DNA from: Takakia lepidozioides
Lineage: Eukaryota > Plantae > Bryophyta
NCBI GenBank assembly: GCA_030704615.1
Contig: CM060732.1
Location: forward strand, 53,196,001-53,260,000
Length of the DNA stretch: 64,000 bases
Reading direction: 5' to 3'
Positions 12,401-25,354 of the stretch are shown here, piece after piece. Each line of letters begins with the position of its first letter. The stretch's first letter is position 1. A program made the translations under genes and the position numbers. The notes beneath the pieces are model-generated. The model made no database searches, was not told where the DNA came from, and was given only the letters and a program-made list of their open reading frames with translations.

Positions 12401-15400
12401 CTCATGTGATAGGTGATTTCTATCATCTATCCAGTGAGTGTGCTCTGTAGCAAAACTTACACAAACAGCTTAGAAATCCATGAAAAGTGAAGGCCCTCAC
12501 CTGCGCCCGTCCCAAAAACCACCACATCCAACGGAATGCGTGTTAGTGAGGATGCGCGAGGTGAGTAGCAGGTCTTCATGCTTGCTATCACTGTCCAACA
12601 TGCATTTCTAAGCAAGTGAAAGATTGCAAGAGTAATAGTAAAAGTGTGATATTGCACAGAACCTTGAAAGTTTGAGGCAGACCAGCTGCGACGCAGCACG
12701 TATTAATTCACGTAACAAGAAGTACTTGCAAAGCACAGGTAAGGGCCAAGTGTAACTTCCTGTTCATGTCAACAGTTGAGCCAAAGCTTCCCTATAACTG
12801 CATAGGAAAGCTCGACCAGCATAATGAAGGCTAGGCTGCGCTAAAATCTTGCTAGCCGCAGCCTTGTTGAAAACTCTTGAAGGCAGAGCTCGGTGAGCTG
12901 TGTGCCCCGACACTGTCGTAGTTTCAGGTAGCAGCTTAAATTGCAGGGTTAGGGTTCTGAAACCCTAAACTTAAACCAGCACATGGGCAATAAATCCCAC
13001 AATGCCCTAGGTCAGGGAATGAATTTTGCAGAAAGTGTCTACTTGTATCACTTTATCCCACCTGGAATATTCTACCCAAGATTAGAGAGAAAGAGAGAGA
13101 GAGAGAGAGACACCTCAGTTGAAATGGATACCACAAGAAAGCTACCTCAGGTACATTGGAGCCCGGGAAGGCACGTCTTGCAATAGTGGGCATGGCCCCA
13201 GAGAAGAAGTACTCAAGCGTTTGCCAGTACGCCTCCAAGCTCTCCTTGGATGTTATGGTGAACTCATGCCTCGCTCTTGGGGTTAAGTCAAATGCATCCA
13301 AACTAAGAGAAGAGAGGGGCTGTGGTGCCGGTTCTTCAATGTAGGGTTGACTTTCCATGGCATAGGTGAGAGAAGCCTCAGGGGCAGACCGAGATGTTCT
13401 CTTCAGTTCTTCGTTTCGGTGTCCAAGTGTGCCACCCCCCATCACTAGGCGAATCAGCTTCATTGCAAAGAATAGGTGAGTCAGCATCAGCACACAAAAA
13501 ATTCACCCCCACAATATTCACCTTCCAGCATATATCCAGAGTAGCCTGAACTCAAGCTTACAACAAATGAGAATGTATGAGAAATCTCAGAGTAGCTTCA
13601 GACAAACAAAATCATCAGGCTATAAAATCACTGGACTACAAGGCTGCCTCTCGTCAGTAACGTCATTAGGGTTGACTATTGTTGACCACTGAACGAGAAG
13701 CTCTCACTACCTTAAGCCTCCGGAGCACATCAATGAGCCAAGATAGGCGGCTACTGCCATTGCTCCCGGTGAGGGCTGAACATTCCTCTTCTGAAAGGTC
13801 ACATAAGCGGAGTGCCTGCCGGCAATATGACTCCAAGTTCTCTATCTTTTTGGTCGACCCCACCACTTGCAGAAACAGCTCCAAAGGCATCGCCTGTATG
13901 CAGTAAGTATGGATCTTAGACTGCAATAATGGCATCTTTCCCGTCACACAACTTCCAGAGAGCAACAGTAGTGACAAAAGTGCATGACAGGAGAACTCAC
14001 CACAATTCAACTGAGTTTACCAGAATCTGTCCATATCAAAGGCATATCTATGTGAGAGCCTAGTACAGTGTGTTAAAAGTGGACACAGACAAAAAAAACG
14101 AGGCAGAAGAAACAAGAAAAAGGAAGGAAACAAAAAGGACATTGTCCCATAACTTCGAGAGTGAAACAAAGAGTACAAGACAAATCAACTGTATCTTGTA
14201 CAACAGTGACCAGCTGTTATAATATAACTCCCCACTGACTTCACCAGTTTCTGACAGAGGGTGCAAACATACCAAGTTCCTGTGTCAACACTGAAGAATC
14301 AGCCACAACAAATTCAAACCATAAAATAAACCACAGGTTTGAAGATATAAAATGTACTCAGAAGACGTTGTTTGCCCTAGCCTTGTGGCCATTTATCCTG
14401 CGCCCAGTTTGAGCGGAACACAAAAGGACAGAAACTACCTTTGTCAGGGGCTGACGCCGGTAGTATGACTTAGCTTGAAACAGGCAATTGATCCGGGTTT
14501 TTCAGATATCGTCTAGAAGTCCCTTCACACAAACATCAATCTGATGTGTGTGATTTGCCCAACAGATTTGAAGATACAGAGAAAGAGAGAGATAATGTAC
14601 TCAGTAGCATTGTTTTCCATAGCCTTATGGCTGTAGGGAGAGAGTGGAGACCTGAGGAACACAAATCAAAGGTGTATATAGGTGTGTCACAAGCCAATAC
14701 CTTTATTGCTGTCGCTAAACCAAAGACCTTGAAACTGCTTGCCTCCACAGCTGCATGTCCCCTACTTTCAACAGCCCTAGGCAACTCATGATCACTGGCA
14801 TCTGAATCGCCACTGACGTAAGACCAAAGAAAGTAGTGAAGCATCCGAACTCGGACCATCTTTGCAGGGATGAACCCGTTCGCTTGCAGGGTCCGCCCTT
14901 TCTCTGCCTCAGTTTCAATTGCCGATGGACTGCCTCTCTTCACCATCCGTGAAGAGGGCATTCGCTTCACTCCTGTTAATACTGGTACAGAGTCTGTGGC
15001 TGTCTTCACTTTTGACAAACCTTGACCCCGACAATTCATGTCATATTTACGGATGCGATCATGGATTTCGGTTAGTAACTCTGGTTCAATCTCCAGAGAG
15101 GGGAGGAGGACGACCTCGCTGGTTCGGCTGCGTCCACAGTTGGTCAGCCCTGGCATATGAAGCAGAATGCACTTGCATCGGCCCTCACGCTGCAGCTTCT
15201 GCAGAACTCGTGTCAGTGTCTTGCGGTCCATCATTGTGCCCTTCCGCTCTTTCTCTGAGTCCTCAAGCCACCTGTGGAGCTCCACCCGTGGAACAAACTT
15301 TTCCTCCTGGCTCCATCCAACGAAGTCATTGCTCAATCTTTCTAAGAACTGTTTTGAACCAGCAAAATCTGCGGTGACTAGGAAAGACATAAATATTGAG

Positions 15401-18400
15401 CCTCAGCATGCAACCGCTCACCTTGCAAGGGAATATAAACAGATTTTGTTACATGCATACCTGATGGGGTCGGAAGAAGTGGAAGAGGAAAAGAGGAGAA
15501 AAGGTGGAGGGAGGAGGTAAAAAAGGAACCTGTAGCCGGTTCAAAATACGAAGCTCCCGCTGAGCACTGGTGGTTGTCAAAGGCGTGGACGAATGCTGTT
15601 GCCCTGACCTGAAGCCCGACAGCGAAGAAGTGGAGCTTTGTATCACCTGAGTTGGAACAGCTGAATGAGCCACAGAAGTTGAAACCTCTTCCATTCTTGT
15701 CAAATCCTCTGCCTCAACCATCTTAGCAGACGACTCATTAAACAAAATCATGGCCCCAGACAAGTTTGATTCGGACAGAGTCTGCCCTTCTTCCACTCCT
15801 GGATTGATCAACTCATTTCCTTCTGTTGGAGTGTCTAATCCCACTTTCCCTTTCTCCTTTGCCTTTCTTGGTTGTGATGCCCTCCGTGCACCTAGTTTAG
15901 CCAACTTTGGGGGCGCAGTTGCAAGAGGTGGCTTTACTGTAGTAGGAGCCAGCAAAGTGATTCAGAACAACGGCAGACAGAAAGTCATCAACAGATGGAG
16001 TGTATATGCAACTGCTTATACTAAACTGCCCATCTGAATATACATTAATGACTGGGAATGCTTGCCAACAAGAACTACCTCAGCTGCCGTTCACAAGTAC
16101 AAGCATTACATCCAAGTGATGGCTGAAACATCTTGCCTCTACCACTCAGTATCTCCACTCCCACAAAAACATTCACTCCAGCCAGACTCATCATAGATAA
16201 GCCTCAAAATGTGCCATAACTGACCCTCCACAAGTAACAACAGCCTCATCAGACAATCTATAATCAATTGATTAAGTTACACACAATCAATATACTAGAT
16301 AGGCCAATCCCTCCCCATACCAAGCGGAAGATCCCTTTGAGGGGTCTGAGTTTCCTGTTTCGTGTACATCACATCTGCTTTGCTGTTTGAGGCAATCGTA
16401 GAATTGAGGACTGTCCTGAGCCGATACAGCATTGATCTCTTGTGGTTCTCAGCCTCCGAGACAACACAACCCTTAGTCAGCATGTTGGTCACTCGGTAGT
16501 AATTGCGTTTGTTGTTGAGCCCAAGGCGTTTCCATAGCTGCACAAACCCAGAAGATGGAATGATGATACATGGCGATACATGATACATGATACAAATTTG
16601 AAACCCTCCCAATCAAAAAGGTTTCCCTGGTCAGAGGGATTAGTTAGACTAGTAAGTCATCCTTCACCAAAAGCATGGACACACTCTAGTTGTGTTTCTA
16701 TACGTATGCTAATCTGAGAAGAGAAGAAACTGTTTATTTCCCCTGGAAGCGTGAATATCCTTAGTACCAGTGGCCGGACACTAAGTGCATTGACCAGTCT
16801 GTGGACAAACAGTAGGAGCTCCGTCTGCCTCTGTGTGTACTTTTTCTGGAGAAACAAAGAAAGACTGAGAAAGAAATTATTTTAACTGCATGACTAATAA
16901 AGATAAAGGGCGAAGCTGGCTCTTACTTGCAAGCACGTGCTTGCAGCAAGCCTTTCGGTTCTATTGGGCGCAGCATGACGAGACATGAAAAGGCCTCCGA
17001 AATGGAAGCCTATTTATCAAGCTAGGAAAAAATATTTGCACTCAAGACATTACCTTTGTGACGGGCTCACTCCAGTCGTGCAACTTTACCTTCAAATAAA
17101 CAACTAGTTCGGGGTTTTCTGACTTCCTCTAGAAACCCCTTCACACAAGCATCAATCTGCTCTGTGTGACCTGCCCAGCAATTAAACCCCAACAGGACCA
17201 AGGCTATAGGCTCAGCCTCAAGATTTTGAAAGTTGGTGAACAGAGGTGGAGGGACTAGGTCCTTGATGGTCCTGAAGAGGGCCACCTTCTGATACCCCAC
17301 ACATTGTATCAGAAAATGGATATTGTCTTCAGGCCGCCTGACCACCGGGGATTGACAATATCCCTTTCCTCTCCGCATCTGTTTTTTGTTCAAAGGTAGA
17401 TTCCCCGCCCCGAGTTTAAATTTCAGTCAAGTGCCAAGGGTAGATAGGCCCTTCAGGTCATTCTTAGGATCCTCACCGATGTCACAAACTGGAAACAAGT
17501 TCATGAAAGAGCCATCACACCCACCGGCTTTATGGCCCTTTAGATATTATAATGCTCATGAGCACATTGTATCCCTTTGCGATATACTCCAATTCATCAG
17601 GGCTATCTTGCCGAGGAAAATCATCATTCCTTAGCAAGCCAAAAACGGTTGAGGCACTCAAGCCACAGCATTCACCTTAAAGCATGTCAGGGGATGCCAT
17701 CCTCAGGGTGCACAGCTCCTGTCGGTGCATCTTATCCACACATTCGCTTGAATGTTGGGAAGGAATGCTGAACCAGATGACCTTACCAATGGAAGGATAC
17801 AGTAGAAGGAACTGTTCCTACGATTTCGGCACAGCCCCTGTTTCTTGGAGGCCTCGCCTTGATGGAAAACACTTCTAGACTCAAAATCATGACTTCTAGG
17901 CTCAATGTGGTTTTACAATGTTCAACTCAAAAAAACCACCCACCTCCATCATGTACAGACCCTCAGGCCCAGAACTGTGAATAAGATCGTAGATCTGATG
18001 GTCCGCAGGAGCCTCAACAACCTGTTCTGTCACTTGTCCACGTTTAGCACCCCGTAATGGAGTTTCCGTTTCTGTTTCGTCATTGCCAGAAGTGAAGGCT
18101 TTTGGGTCAAATGATTTCAGCAAACGGATGCAAGATACAATCTGCATCCATCAGAGTTTCCCATAAACCCCAAATCAAAAACACTACCAGGAAGGTATGA
18201 TTCCACCTGTCACAATACTTCTCTAATCGGTGCAACTACCATAGGCCTCGGCCTTGATACAACCATTTGTAGCACTTCAGAGACCTGTGAGACGCACTCT
18301 CCACAAAAGATGCTACAAAAGGCTAAGCATTACGTGGCTCAAGAGTCATGAGTGCACCAGAAATACAGAGTTTCCGTCTAACTAGGTTAGTTAGACAATG

Positions 18401-21400
18401 GCTCTGGCCTACAAAGTGACCCTAGAGGATGGCCTAGTAAACTTCGCTAGGAAGTCGTGATTGATACTCAACTTCACCCCCAAAGCTACAGCTGGTATCT
18501 TGCCAGCAGATTCATTATTTAATCAGAATCACATCTGAAGGGTTGCATTCAACGTTTAGATTGCAAAACTATACCTGAGACCCAGGTAATCTCACCTTGC
18601 GGTCGATTTGGGCATTGAAAACCTCAACCAAGCCAGCATCATGGAGACGCTTGACCAACTGTGCCACCCAGCTCAAACAATGCCGGCCCAATCAACTGTT
18701 ATTCAGGTAAATTAACACCAGGAGAATCAAAATTGAAACATCCACAATCCAAGGAATCCTAAACTTCACAGAACTGGCAGATACTGTTTCATGAAGATTT
18801 ATTGGTCTCAAAGCAATTTTTTGTGAAGTCTCTATTGAGGAGAAGTGTACAAACCCTGCGCCAGTTTCGGTGACCAAGAGCAAACCGATAGCCCAGACTC
18901 ACTTTCAGGTCTGACACAACCAGCACCTTCACACAACCATATCAAAAGATGTTATTGAACACATCACAAGCTTAACTAGAAGACAAATATGAGAGAGGAA
19001 GGTAATAACACTTTCTCAAAAGAGGACCTCACCTCACTGATAGAATCAGGTCTTGTGCAACAGAAGAGGCATATACTACACCCAGTTGTGTTAATTCCTC
19101 CAATAATGTTACCTGCGGTGATCCGTACTACATTATGGATGTCCTTGCAGGGGAAACTACCTCTTAGGAGCTCCAGTCTGGGCCTTAGGAACACTTCCAT
19201 AACACTTGCACAACTCACAAATGCCCAAGTATTCCTAGAAAGAGACTTTCCCAATTTCTAATGCAAACAGTAAAGATGGAACATCCCCTAATCTACAATG
19301 TGGTTAAAGTCAATCCATGAGGACAGGAGTTTCAAAAGCTTATTGCAAAAATGACTGCAGAGTAGTGAAGAACAATGGCTTTCAATAAAATATTTGACAC
19401 GTCTAGAACTGCATGATTCATGCACGTGCTTAAATCACCACATGATCTTAATGTAGGGGTACCAGAGAATGTAAGCTGACAATTAACAAAACCCCGTTGA
19501 TTTGCATTCTCAAAGGGTGTGTCAGCCTCGTAGTCCTGGGAAAAGGCGTAGAGGTGTGTGAATATAAAATCTATGTTGGGGATTTCCACTGATAGGAGGA
19601 TGAGACCGCCTGTATCCCTCTTGTACAAAGTGCAATTCACAAGTATGAACTGGACATAGAAAATAAGCTGCAAGAATCTTTCAGGGGGCTTTCAGGAATC
19701 TGTACTTGCTTCACGGATGCATTTACTGATACCAACTTATGCCTCCTGCACAGAATCTTGCAAACATGCAACAGCTGGTATCTGACGTTTCACTATATGT
19801 TACAAGGTAAGCAGCTCTGAATGTCTTACCCGCCCATCTGCAGCCTCAAGCCGTTCACATACTTGACCCATTGCTGGAAAATCATCATTAATCAGGAATT
19901 CTCTCCCTTTGTCAATATCTTCCTGTCCATCTGTAAAATCTCCAGAAGCCAAACCAATCGTCTGGGGCAGGTTACTTTTGGATGAACTTGGAATCTCAAA
20001 TCGCTGGTGAGAGGCCAGTGTGAGATCTTTCACATAGCGAGTGAGATGGACCAGATTGGTCGCCACAATAGGGGCATTCTTTCCAGGCTGCTGTGAACCC
20101 CTCTCTGTCTGTGGTGCTTTGGAACGCACAATGGTAGCTTGTCGCACCAGAAGCCCCCGTGCCTCCAAACTTCTTACCACATAAAACATTTTGTTACCAC
20201 CCATCTTGAAGTCTTTGCCAAGCTGGCTCTGTGTTATGCCTTGACTCCTGGGCGCAAAAGAGGGACTGGTGTTTAAAGTGCTCATAATGTCAAAAGAGAA
20301 AAGACAAACAATTTTCTGCTCTTTCAGAGGGTTTTATCACCTCCGCAGGCATAGCATGTGGTCACAGGTGGTCACACAAATGAACCCTTGTGAAGATTAT
20401 TACAACAGCGAAACAACATGTTGCCAAACACCAGGCCTTGAGATTTCCACAAAATAACAGAGGCCATGGTAGAATGGCCCTGCAATGGAATCCCTGGTAA
20501 TTGAGTTACACAATCCAAACCTTGTACACTGACATCCTTGTCTTGGATATACTAGCGAGAGAGCTACCGGCCTAAATAAAGAGGATCCATGGTAAAATAC
20601 CTTTCGTGCCCCCAGATATAGTAACTCCCTACAAAAATACACATAAAACCAAACATTTCTAATCACCCCTAACCATATGAATTGCAAGTCATTCCAGCTT
20701 GAAGCTACTAAAAGAGAAGCTAACACATGTAGTATGGTGAAATAGCTTCAGGTTGCTGTGAAAACTCGCCGAGGAAAAACTTTCTCTGCAAAATCTTTGC
20801 CGTTCCAACGAACAAATTCTGCCAGGAGGGTGCGCTGAAATTCGTCGTACTGACAGTTCTTGCGTCAAAAATATAAGGTAATAGACAAAATCTGACCTAC
20901 CTGACCTACCTGACATTCCGCAGAAGTGTAATCCAAGTTACAGATGCCAACCTGGCTCTAGCAAGGCGCTCAAGTAGTTCGCGTTGGTCTTTGGAGAGAT
21001 GCGCATCGCAGACTTTGAGATCGTACACCCCCCAAGAACTTTCACGTAATCCCTCGGGCGCGAGCACACGTAGCCGGAGCATCTCTGCCTCTTCTACACT
21101 CTGCACTGACGGATGTGAGGGATCCAGAGAGGAGCTGGCGGACAAATCAGGAAGTAAAAGAAGCAGACCCGGGACAGTTAGCAGTTGTTGCCACAGAATC
21201 TGTTTGGCTCGCGCATCCAGATGCATCTCGGCAGCTATCACTGCCCCTTGTAATCGTGCCCACAGGTTTGGCAAGGAACATCCTGCCCCACACGGCACCA
21301 TAAAACTTCTTCATGGCATGTCCAACACATTCCCTAGCACACAAATTCTACCTTTCTCACCGAAATACGCTAAGATATCCAATCTTTTCCCGCTACAAGC

Positions 21401-21575
21401 AACTCTACGGCATCCTCTCTTGCACACCAAAAACCTCAAAACCTGTCTCTAAGATGCGGAAAACAGTTCGAATTCCCCGTCTTGCAACCGACAACTTCCA
21501 CAAAGCAACTCAATACGCACCTTGCGTGCCCTCGGCTGCAATCTCATCCAGCGCAGCCGACACCAATGCATCCAT
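475..21575 (-). CDS. GTF3C1: General transcription factor IIIC subunit 1 (B-block binding subunit), 5' part. At least 14 coding exons; the gene continues beyond the left edge of the window.
   Basis: Exons joined in frame via GT-AG: 21521-21575 (MDALVSAALDEIAAEGTQG), 20952-21282, 19830-20247 (RSQGITQSQLGKDFKMGGNKMFYVVRSLEARGLLVRQ, B-block winged helix), 18855-18926, 18596-18658, 17944-18141, 16321-16537, 15530-15936, 14701-15306 (MDRKTLTRVLQKLQREG...NGFIPAKMVRVRMLH), 13711-13893 (AMPLELFLQVVGS), 13146-13457 (YWQTLEY...AFPGSNVPE), 9624-9779, 1110-1368, 475-661 (KPSRSKRFPWS). Motifs match plant TFIIIC220 from memory. Confidence 0.9.
1815..6397 (+). mobile_element. Near-full-length non-LTR retrotransposon (RTE/RTEX-like LINE), frameshifted
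   Basis: APE endonuclease (GTFNF..QETW..GVGF..LGDFN..IVDYI..SDH, ORFs 2976-4263). RT (KAGGPDGI, NYRGITLL, QAGFR, DVKKAYD, GVAQGCTLSPLLF, MFADD; 4260-5280). C-terminal CPLC..HFLIHC zinc knuckle (~6000-6052). Ends in TACATTCTCTC. The 5' boundary is approximate. Confidence 0.93.
2591..2972 (+). repeat. Three ~130 bp tandem repeats in the LINE 5'/ORF1 region
   Basis: Unit ccctaagtgt...gaaggatttggtactctgaatggtttaccaatcctcaa...tacacggggtaa starts at ~2591, ~2724 and ~2855. Confidence 0.85.
6398..8158 (+). mobile_element. 5'-truncated second LINE copy, inserted directly at the tail of the first
   Basis: Starts gctggctttcggc (equivalent to ~4657 of copy 1). RT ORF 6581-7753. Ends tacattctctctctctc. 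Confidence 0.92.
8159..9545 (+). mobile_element. Cluster of short LINE 3'-end fragments (8159-8297, 8783-8844, ~9085-9250, ~9262-9510)
   Basis: Each ends in ggtcaatggccacaaggctacggcaaacaacgtcttatgagtacattct(ctc)n or a close variant. 8783-8844 is flanked by a 15-bp TSD, tctaatagaagactt. Confidence 0.88.
10265..11755 (-). mobile_element. Older degenerate LINE fragments on the minus strand
   Basis: ORF fragments VKGFLEDIWK and NVIRPALEYASAVW. Terminal motifs at ~10270, ~11620 and ~11680, next to (GA)n. Confidence 0.85.
14350..14665 (-). mobile_element. LINE 3' fragments, minus strand
   Basis: Reverse complement of the LINE terminus (aatgtactcagaagacgttgtttgccctagccttgtggccat...). Confidence 0.8.
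16560..17505 (-). mobile_element. LINE 3' fragment carrying a transduced copy of GTF3C1 intron/exon sequence
   Basis: 17050-17505 is the LINE 3' part. 16592-16893 is the reverse complement of 236-532. It ends in a (TGTATCA)n-like tail at 16560-16594. Confidence 0.8.
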
Positions 21576-23401
21576 GATGCACACAGGCACAAGTTTCTCC
21601 TATGAATCTGATACAGGGACTAGACAAGCTTTCCCGCATCTCCCAAGCAGCTCACGGTCGCCCCCGTCTCGCTGGAATCACAACAAGAAAGTTGAGAAAA
21701 CGTCTCATCAGAGTGGTTTCCTTTCGTCCAACTCGGATGGCGCTGCTTTTGTAATACCTGAGGATGAGGGCTTTTGGATGAATTCCCGTCCTGGATGATG
21801 AATGGATGATTCTTTCTCCCTTGGCACAGGGCTAGTGCTGGGCTCAAATCTTCACGTGCCCGAGCGGGAGGTTACATTCGAGCCAAGAGTGAAAATGAAC
21901 GGGGTGAGAGCTTTTTCTGGGGCGGCATCTTGGTTAGGCGGCCGGCCTCATATTTATATCCGTTTGAATTATATAACTCTATTAGGATACATCTAGACCG
22001 TCCACTTTACACGATGTCCGGTTCGATCTTGTCCTCTTCAAAACAAAAGCTCATTAATAAGGTTTTCAGGCAGAAAATTTACGTGGACAAAAGCTTGGTT
22101 ATAAGTAGGATGGGAGAGGATGAATCGATAGCTCAGGCTGCTAGGAGTGGAGGTAGAATGGTGAGGTTAAAGTGGAATGTTCGGTTAGGGTCAACACAAG
22201 GAACAATGTCTGAGCAGCTAAAAATATCGAGGGACTACGTTTCCTATGGGATCTGTGAAAGACGGGATGCTCAATGCATTTTGGACATGATGAACATAGT
22301 AAAGGAGTACAAATCTTGAGGCAGTTCGGGGAGGAGAGCGATTGCAGAATTGTGAAGATTGCAGTGCAATGGGAGGAATTTTGAAAATTTGATGATGGAG
22401 CATGATCGTCGACAACCGAGTCGGATTCGGAAGCACGCAGCATTTCTTGTTATCTGCAAGTGTTTGTAGAACCTCGAATCCAAGCCAGTAACATTGTTCC
22501 GAGCACACTCGCTTCAAAACAAAATATTAGCCAGTCCGAGGCATTTGATCAAGCGATCCGCATAGAGGAGATCCAGCACGCTTCGGCTGCATAAAACTAT
22601 TTGTAAGATTTGATTAGCAGTTGACGCATTTATTTCACTTTTCGTCCACCGGCCACAAATCCACAATGGTTTTAAAGCGGATTACAAGAGCAAGTACTAC
22701 GGTGGTCTCCAAGCGGATCACAAGAGCAAGTATGTACCTTCGAACTGGAGATGTGATTCTCTTTGTATACCTGGTTTCCGTTCACCCCTCCTTACCCCTC
22801 GTTTGTCTATACAAGGTCTAGACATTCACCGCGACTTGTCTGCTGTCGATCCGTCTCTGTCTTTTTGATGAACAGATTTTGAGGATGCATGAACTTCAAC
22901 CTTTTTCCTCGGTAATCTTTCAGCTCTCTCTTACTTCTCAGTACAGGTTCCAAACGTCACGTGTACATACAGTGAAGGTTATGCATGGCAACGTCACACT
23001 ATCTGTATACTACCGTCTCACTAGTGCAATCATCGCACGCTGTCAAAATCACGTGAAGTCGCCTGTAAATCAGTGGAACCGAAAATTTTGCAGGTCTGAA
23101 CATCCCTGACTGGCATAAAGGCCTTCAAATGACGGATGTGCGTGTTGCCAATGGTAGTGTGCACCCGAACTACTTTCTTTGTTTCATGAGGGCGTGTTTT
23201 GCCTCGAATGCTCAGGAATTTGGTGGACAAATATGTCTGGTTCGTTTTAATGAACATCGTTCAACATGGAACCGTGAAAAAATCTGTCCAGACTAATGTC
23301 AAAGTTGCCTGTCGTTGGAACCTGAGATACAATAACCTTAATGATCTACCTCCATCCAGGCGTGGCAGTGCAGGTTGCTGATAAGCATAGATGTGCTGGT
23401 G

Positions 23402-24616
23402 ATGAATGCAGGACCATGCTGTTCATTACCTGATCATCTGGTAGATATGATATTGGCGAAATTGCCTATCCCCGAGCTTTTCCGCATGCGAGCTGTATGC
23501 AAGAGATGGAACCGCCTCACCCGTTTGCCCAGTTTCCTTGAACTCTATGCGCAGCTACCCCGTGAACATCTCTACTATGTGTATTGCAGATCAAAGGTAG
23601 ATCAGAAGCTCACGAGAGAGGGAAATGGTCCGATGAGGCAGTTGTTTGACGATTTCCGTGGGATACGCGAGTTTTTGGTTCTGTGTCCCTCTACGAACAA
23701 GTGGTACAACATGCCCCTTGATTTCCTACCATTCAAAGTTTTCTACCCAGTTTCCACATCAGCAGGGCTGTTACTTGTTCTCGTCTACAAGGAAAATGGA
23801 GTGATTACTTTAGCAGTGTGCAATCCCCTAACTAAATGTTGGGCCGAGCTACCTCCTTGGAATGATAAACGGAGCACTATTTTGCCAGAGTTTACTGCTC
23901 TTGTCGTGGACAAGATAGAGCATTCGTACATGGTCATTCTCATAGATGGTAAGGCTGATCTTGTAACGCAAGTCTACAACTCATTCACAAAGGCCTGGAA
24001 GAAAACTGACACGTTATGTGCTAGAAGACATCTCCCTTGGTCTGTAATTCAGGTGGTCGAGTCAAATGGAGTCATGTGCTGCCTTGCTAGCGCTGGCACA
24101 CAGATCATGACTTATGATCTTGAGAGAAACATATGGAAGAAGTACTCTTGGCAAGTACCGAAACAACTTCCAAACGGAGAGGTTACGCCAGCTGTGGAGC
24201 GAGAGCCTCTGGGATTGGTGCAAATTGGCGGCCGTCTCTTATTTATCACAGCAATAAGTTGGACGAATGTGCTCGAGATTTGGGAGCTTGATCCAATGTC
24301 AAACTTCTCATGCATCTCCATGGACCAAATTACCTGTGCAGCATCCCCAGACACTCTTCCCCTGGCTAATTTTGTTGCCACAGGTGATTATGAGCTTCTA
24401 AGAGTTGCCCCTCTATACACTGTGGAAGATAGCGAAGCACTTTGCTTTGGGGAAGTTGGATGTGAGGATCCATGGGTCTATGATCTATCAAAAAGGTCAT
24501 GGGTTTCCATGTCCCTTGCACCTGACGCTAAGCAACTGAACACTATGGATCACCATATTCTTGACATCTACTCAACCCAACTAACCATGGAAATGAGACT
24601 AGATATGCCGGTGTAA
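23402..24616 (+). CDS. F-box protein with a kelch-like/FBA-type C-terminal domain; intronless CDS
   Basis: F-box LPDHLVDMILAKLPIPELFRMRAVCKRWN, followed by LAVCNPLTKCWAELPP, TQVYNSFTKAW and YDLERNIW motifs. Confidence 0.9.
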   Translation: MNAGPCCSLPDHLVDMILAKLPIPELFRMRAVCKRWNRLTRLPSFLELYAQLPREHLYYVYCRSKVDQKLTREGNGPMRQLFDDFRGIREFLVLCPSTNKWYNMPLDFLPFKVFYPVSTSAGLLLVLVYKENGVITLAVCNPLTKCWAELPPWNDKRSTILPEFTALVVDKIEHSYMVILIDGKADLVTQVYNSFTKAWKKTDTLCARRHLPWSVIQVVESNGVMCCLASAGTQIMTYDLERNIWKKYSWQVPKQLPNGEVTPAVEREPLGLVQIGGRLLFITAISWTNVLEIWELDPMSNFSCISMDQITCAASPDTLPLANFVATGDYELLRVAPLYTVEDSEALCFGEVGCEDPWVYDLSKRSWVSMSLAPDAKQLNTMDHHILDIYSTQLTMEMRLDMPV

Positions 24617-25354
24617 CTTTCCACCTGGAGCATGGGAGTAAGTCTCTTCTAAGGGCAGCACAGATAACAGCGTGCCCTTGTGTTCGAGCCTATATGGCCG
24701 TACCCCTAACAGTGGAGCACTTGGAGCACCCACGCGAGAGGTATTCTGTATAGAGCTAGTTGTGAGCCTCATTTAGATGGTAGAAATGTACTCAGAAGAC
24801 TTTGTTTGCCATTTCACCTAGTTAGTAGGAAGAGAGACCGAAGTGCGTATACACTGCTCTCAAACTGGTTGGAATACCTGAGAATGTAATGTTCACCAAC
24901 ACTATTACTCTAGGAAGTCTTTCTTCTGCAGTAAATCGTAATTCAGGAGAAATTCAAATAACTGTTCGCGAGTGTGCAGCTCGAGTGCATCCACTGTGAT
25001 CACTAAGCACACACCAGATTACTGGTTCCTGCACAGATGAGCTGTGAATGTGGATCCAACTTCAGACTTTCTCGAGTCCAACCGGTTGCCACAGCGGTGT
25101 AACCCTTTTGTCTCTGAAGTTAGTCGGACAGTTCAATCTAATCAACAGAGAGGAGAAACCATGCTGCTTCAGTCTTTCATATAGCCAGTCAAAAATGTTG
25201 TTGGGCAACAATTTGCTTCAAAGTACCACGCAAGGTCCATCGCAGTCAATGACATGGCAACTACCTGAACGAGCCTTTTTGTAGCTGGTTGTGAGAACTT
25301 CGTGTGAGCTAGTCATGGTGATGATCCCGTTTGACAGATGATCAGAGTATGCCC

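Noticed and set aside
12946-12978. Short gggttagggtt/aaccctaaac telomere-like patch in an intron
   Set aside because: Only 2-3 degenerate units, common in plant genomes.
21930-22517. ORFs and an ATGATGA box C-like motif in the GTF3C1/F-box intergenic region
   Set aside because: No protein motif, and no convincing box D or terminal stem for a snoRNA.
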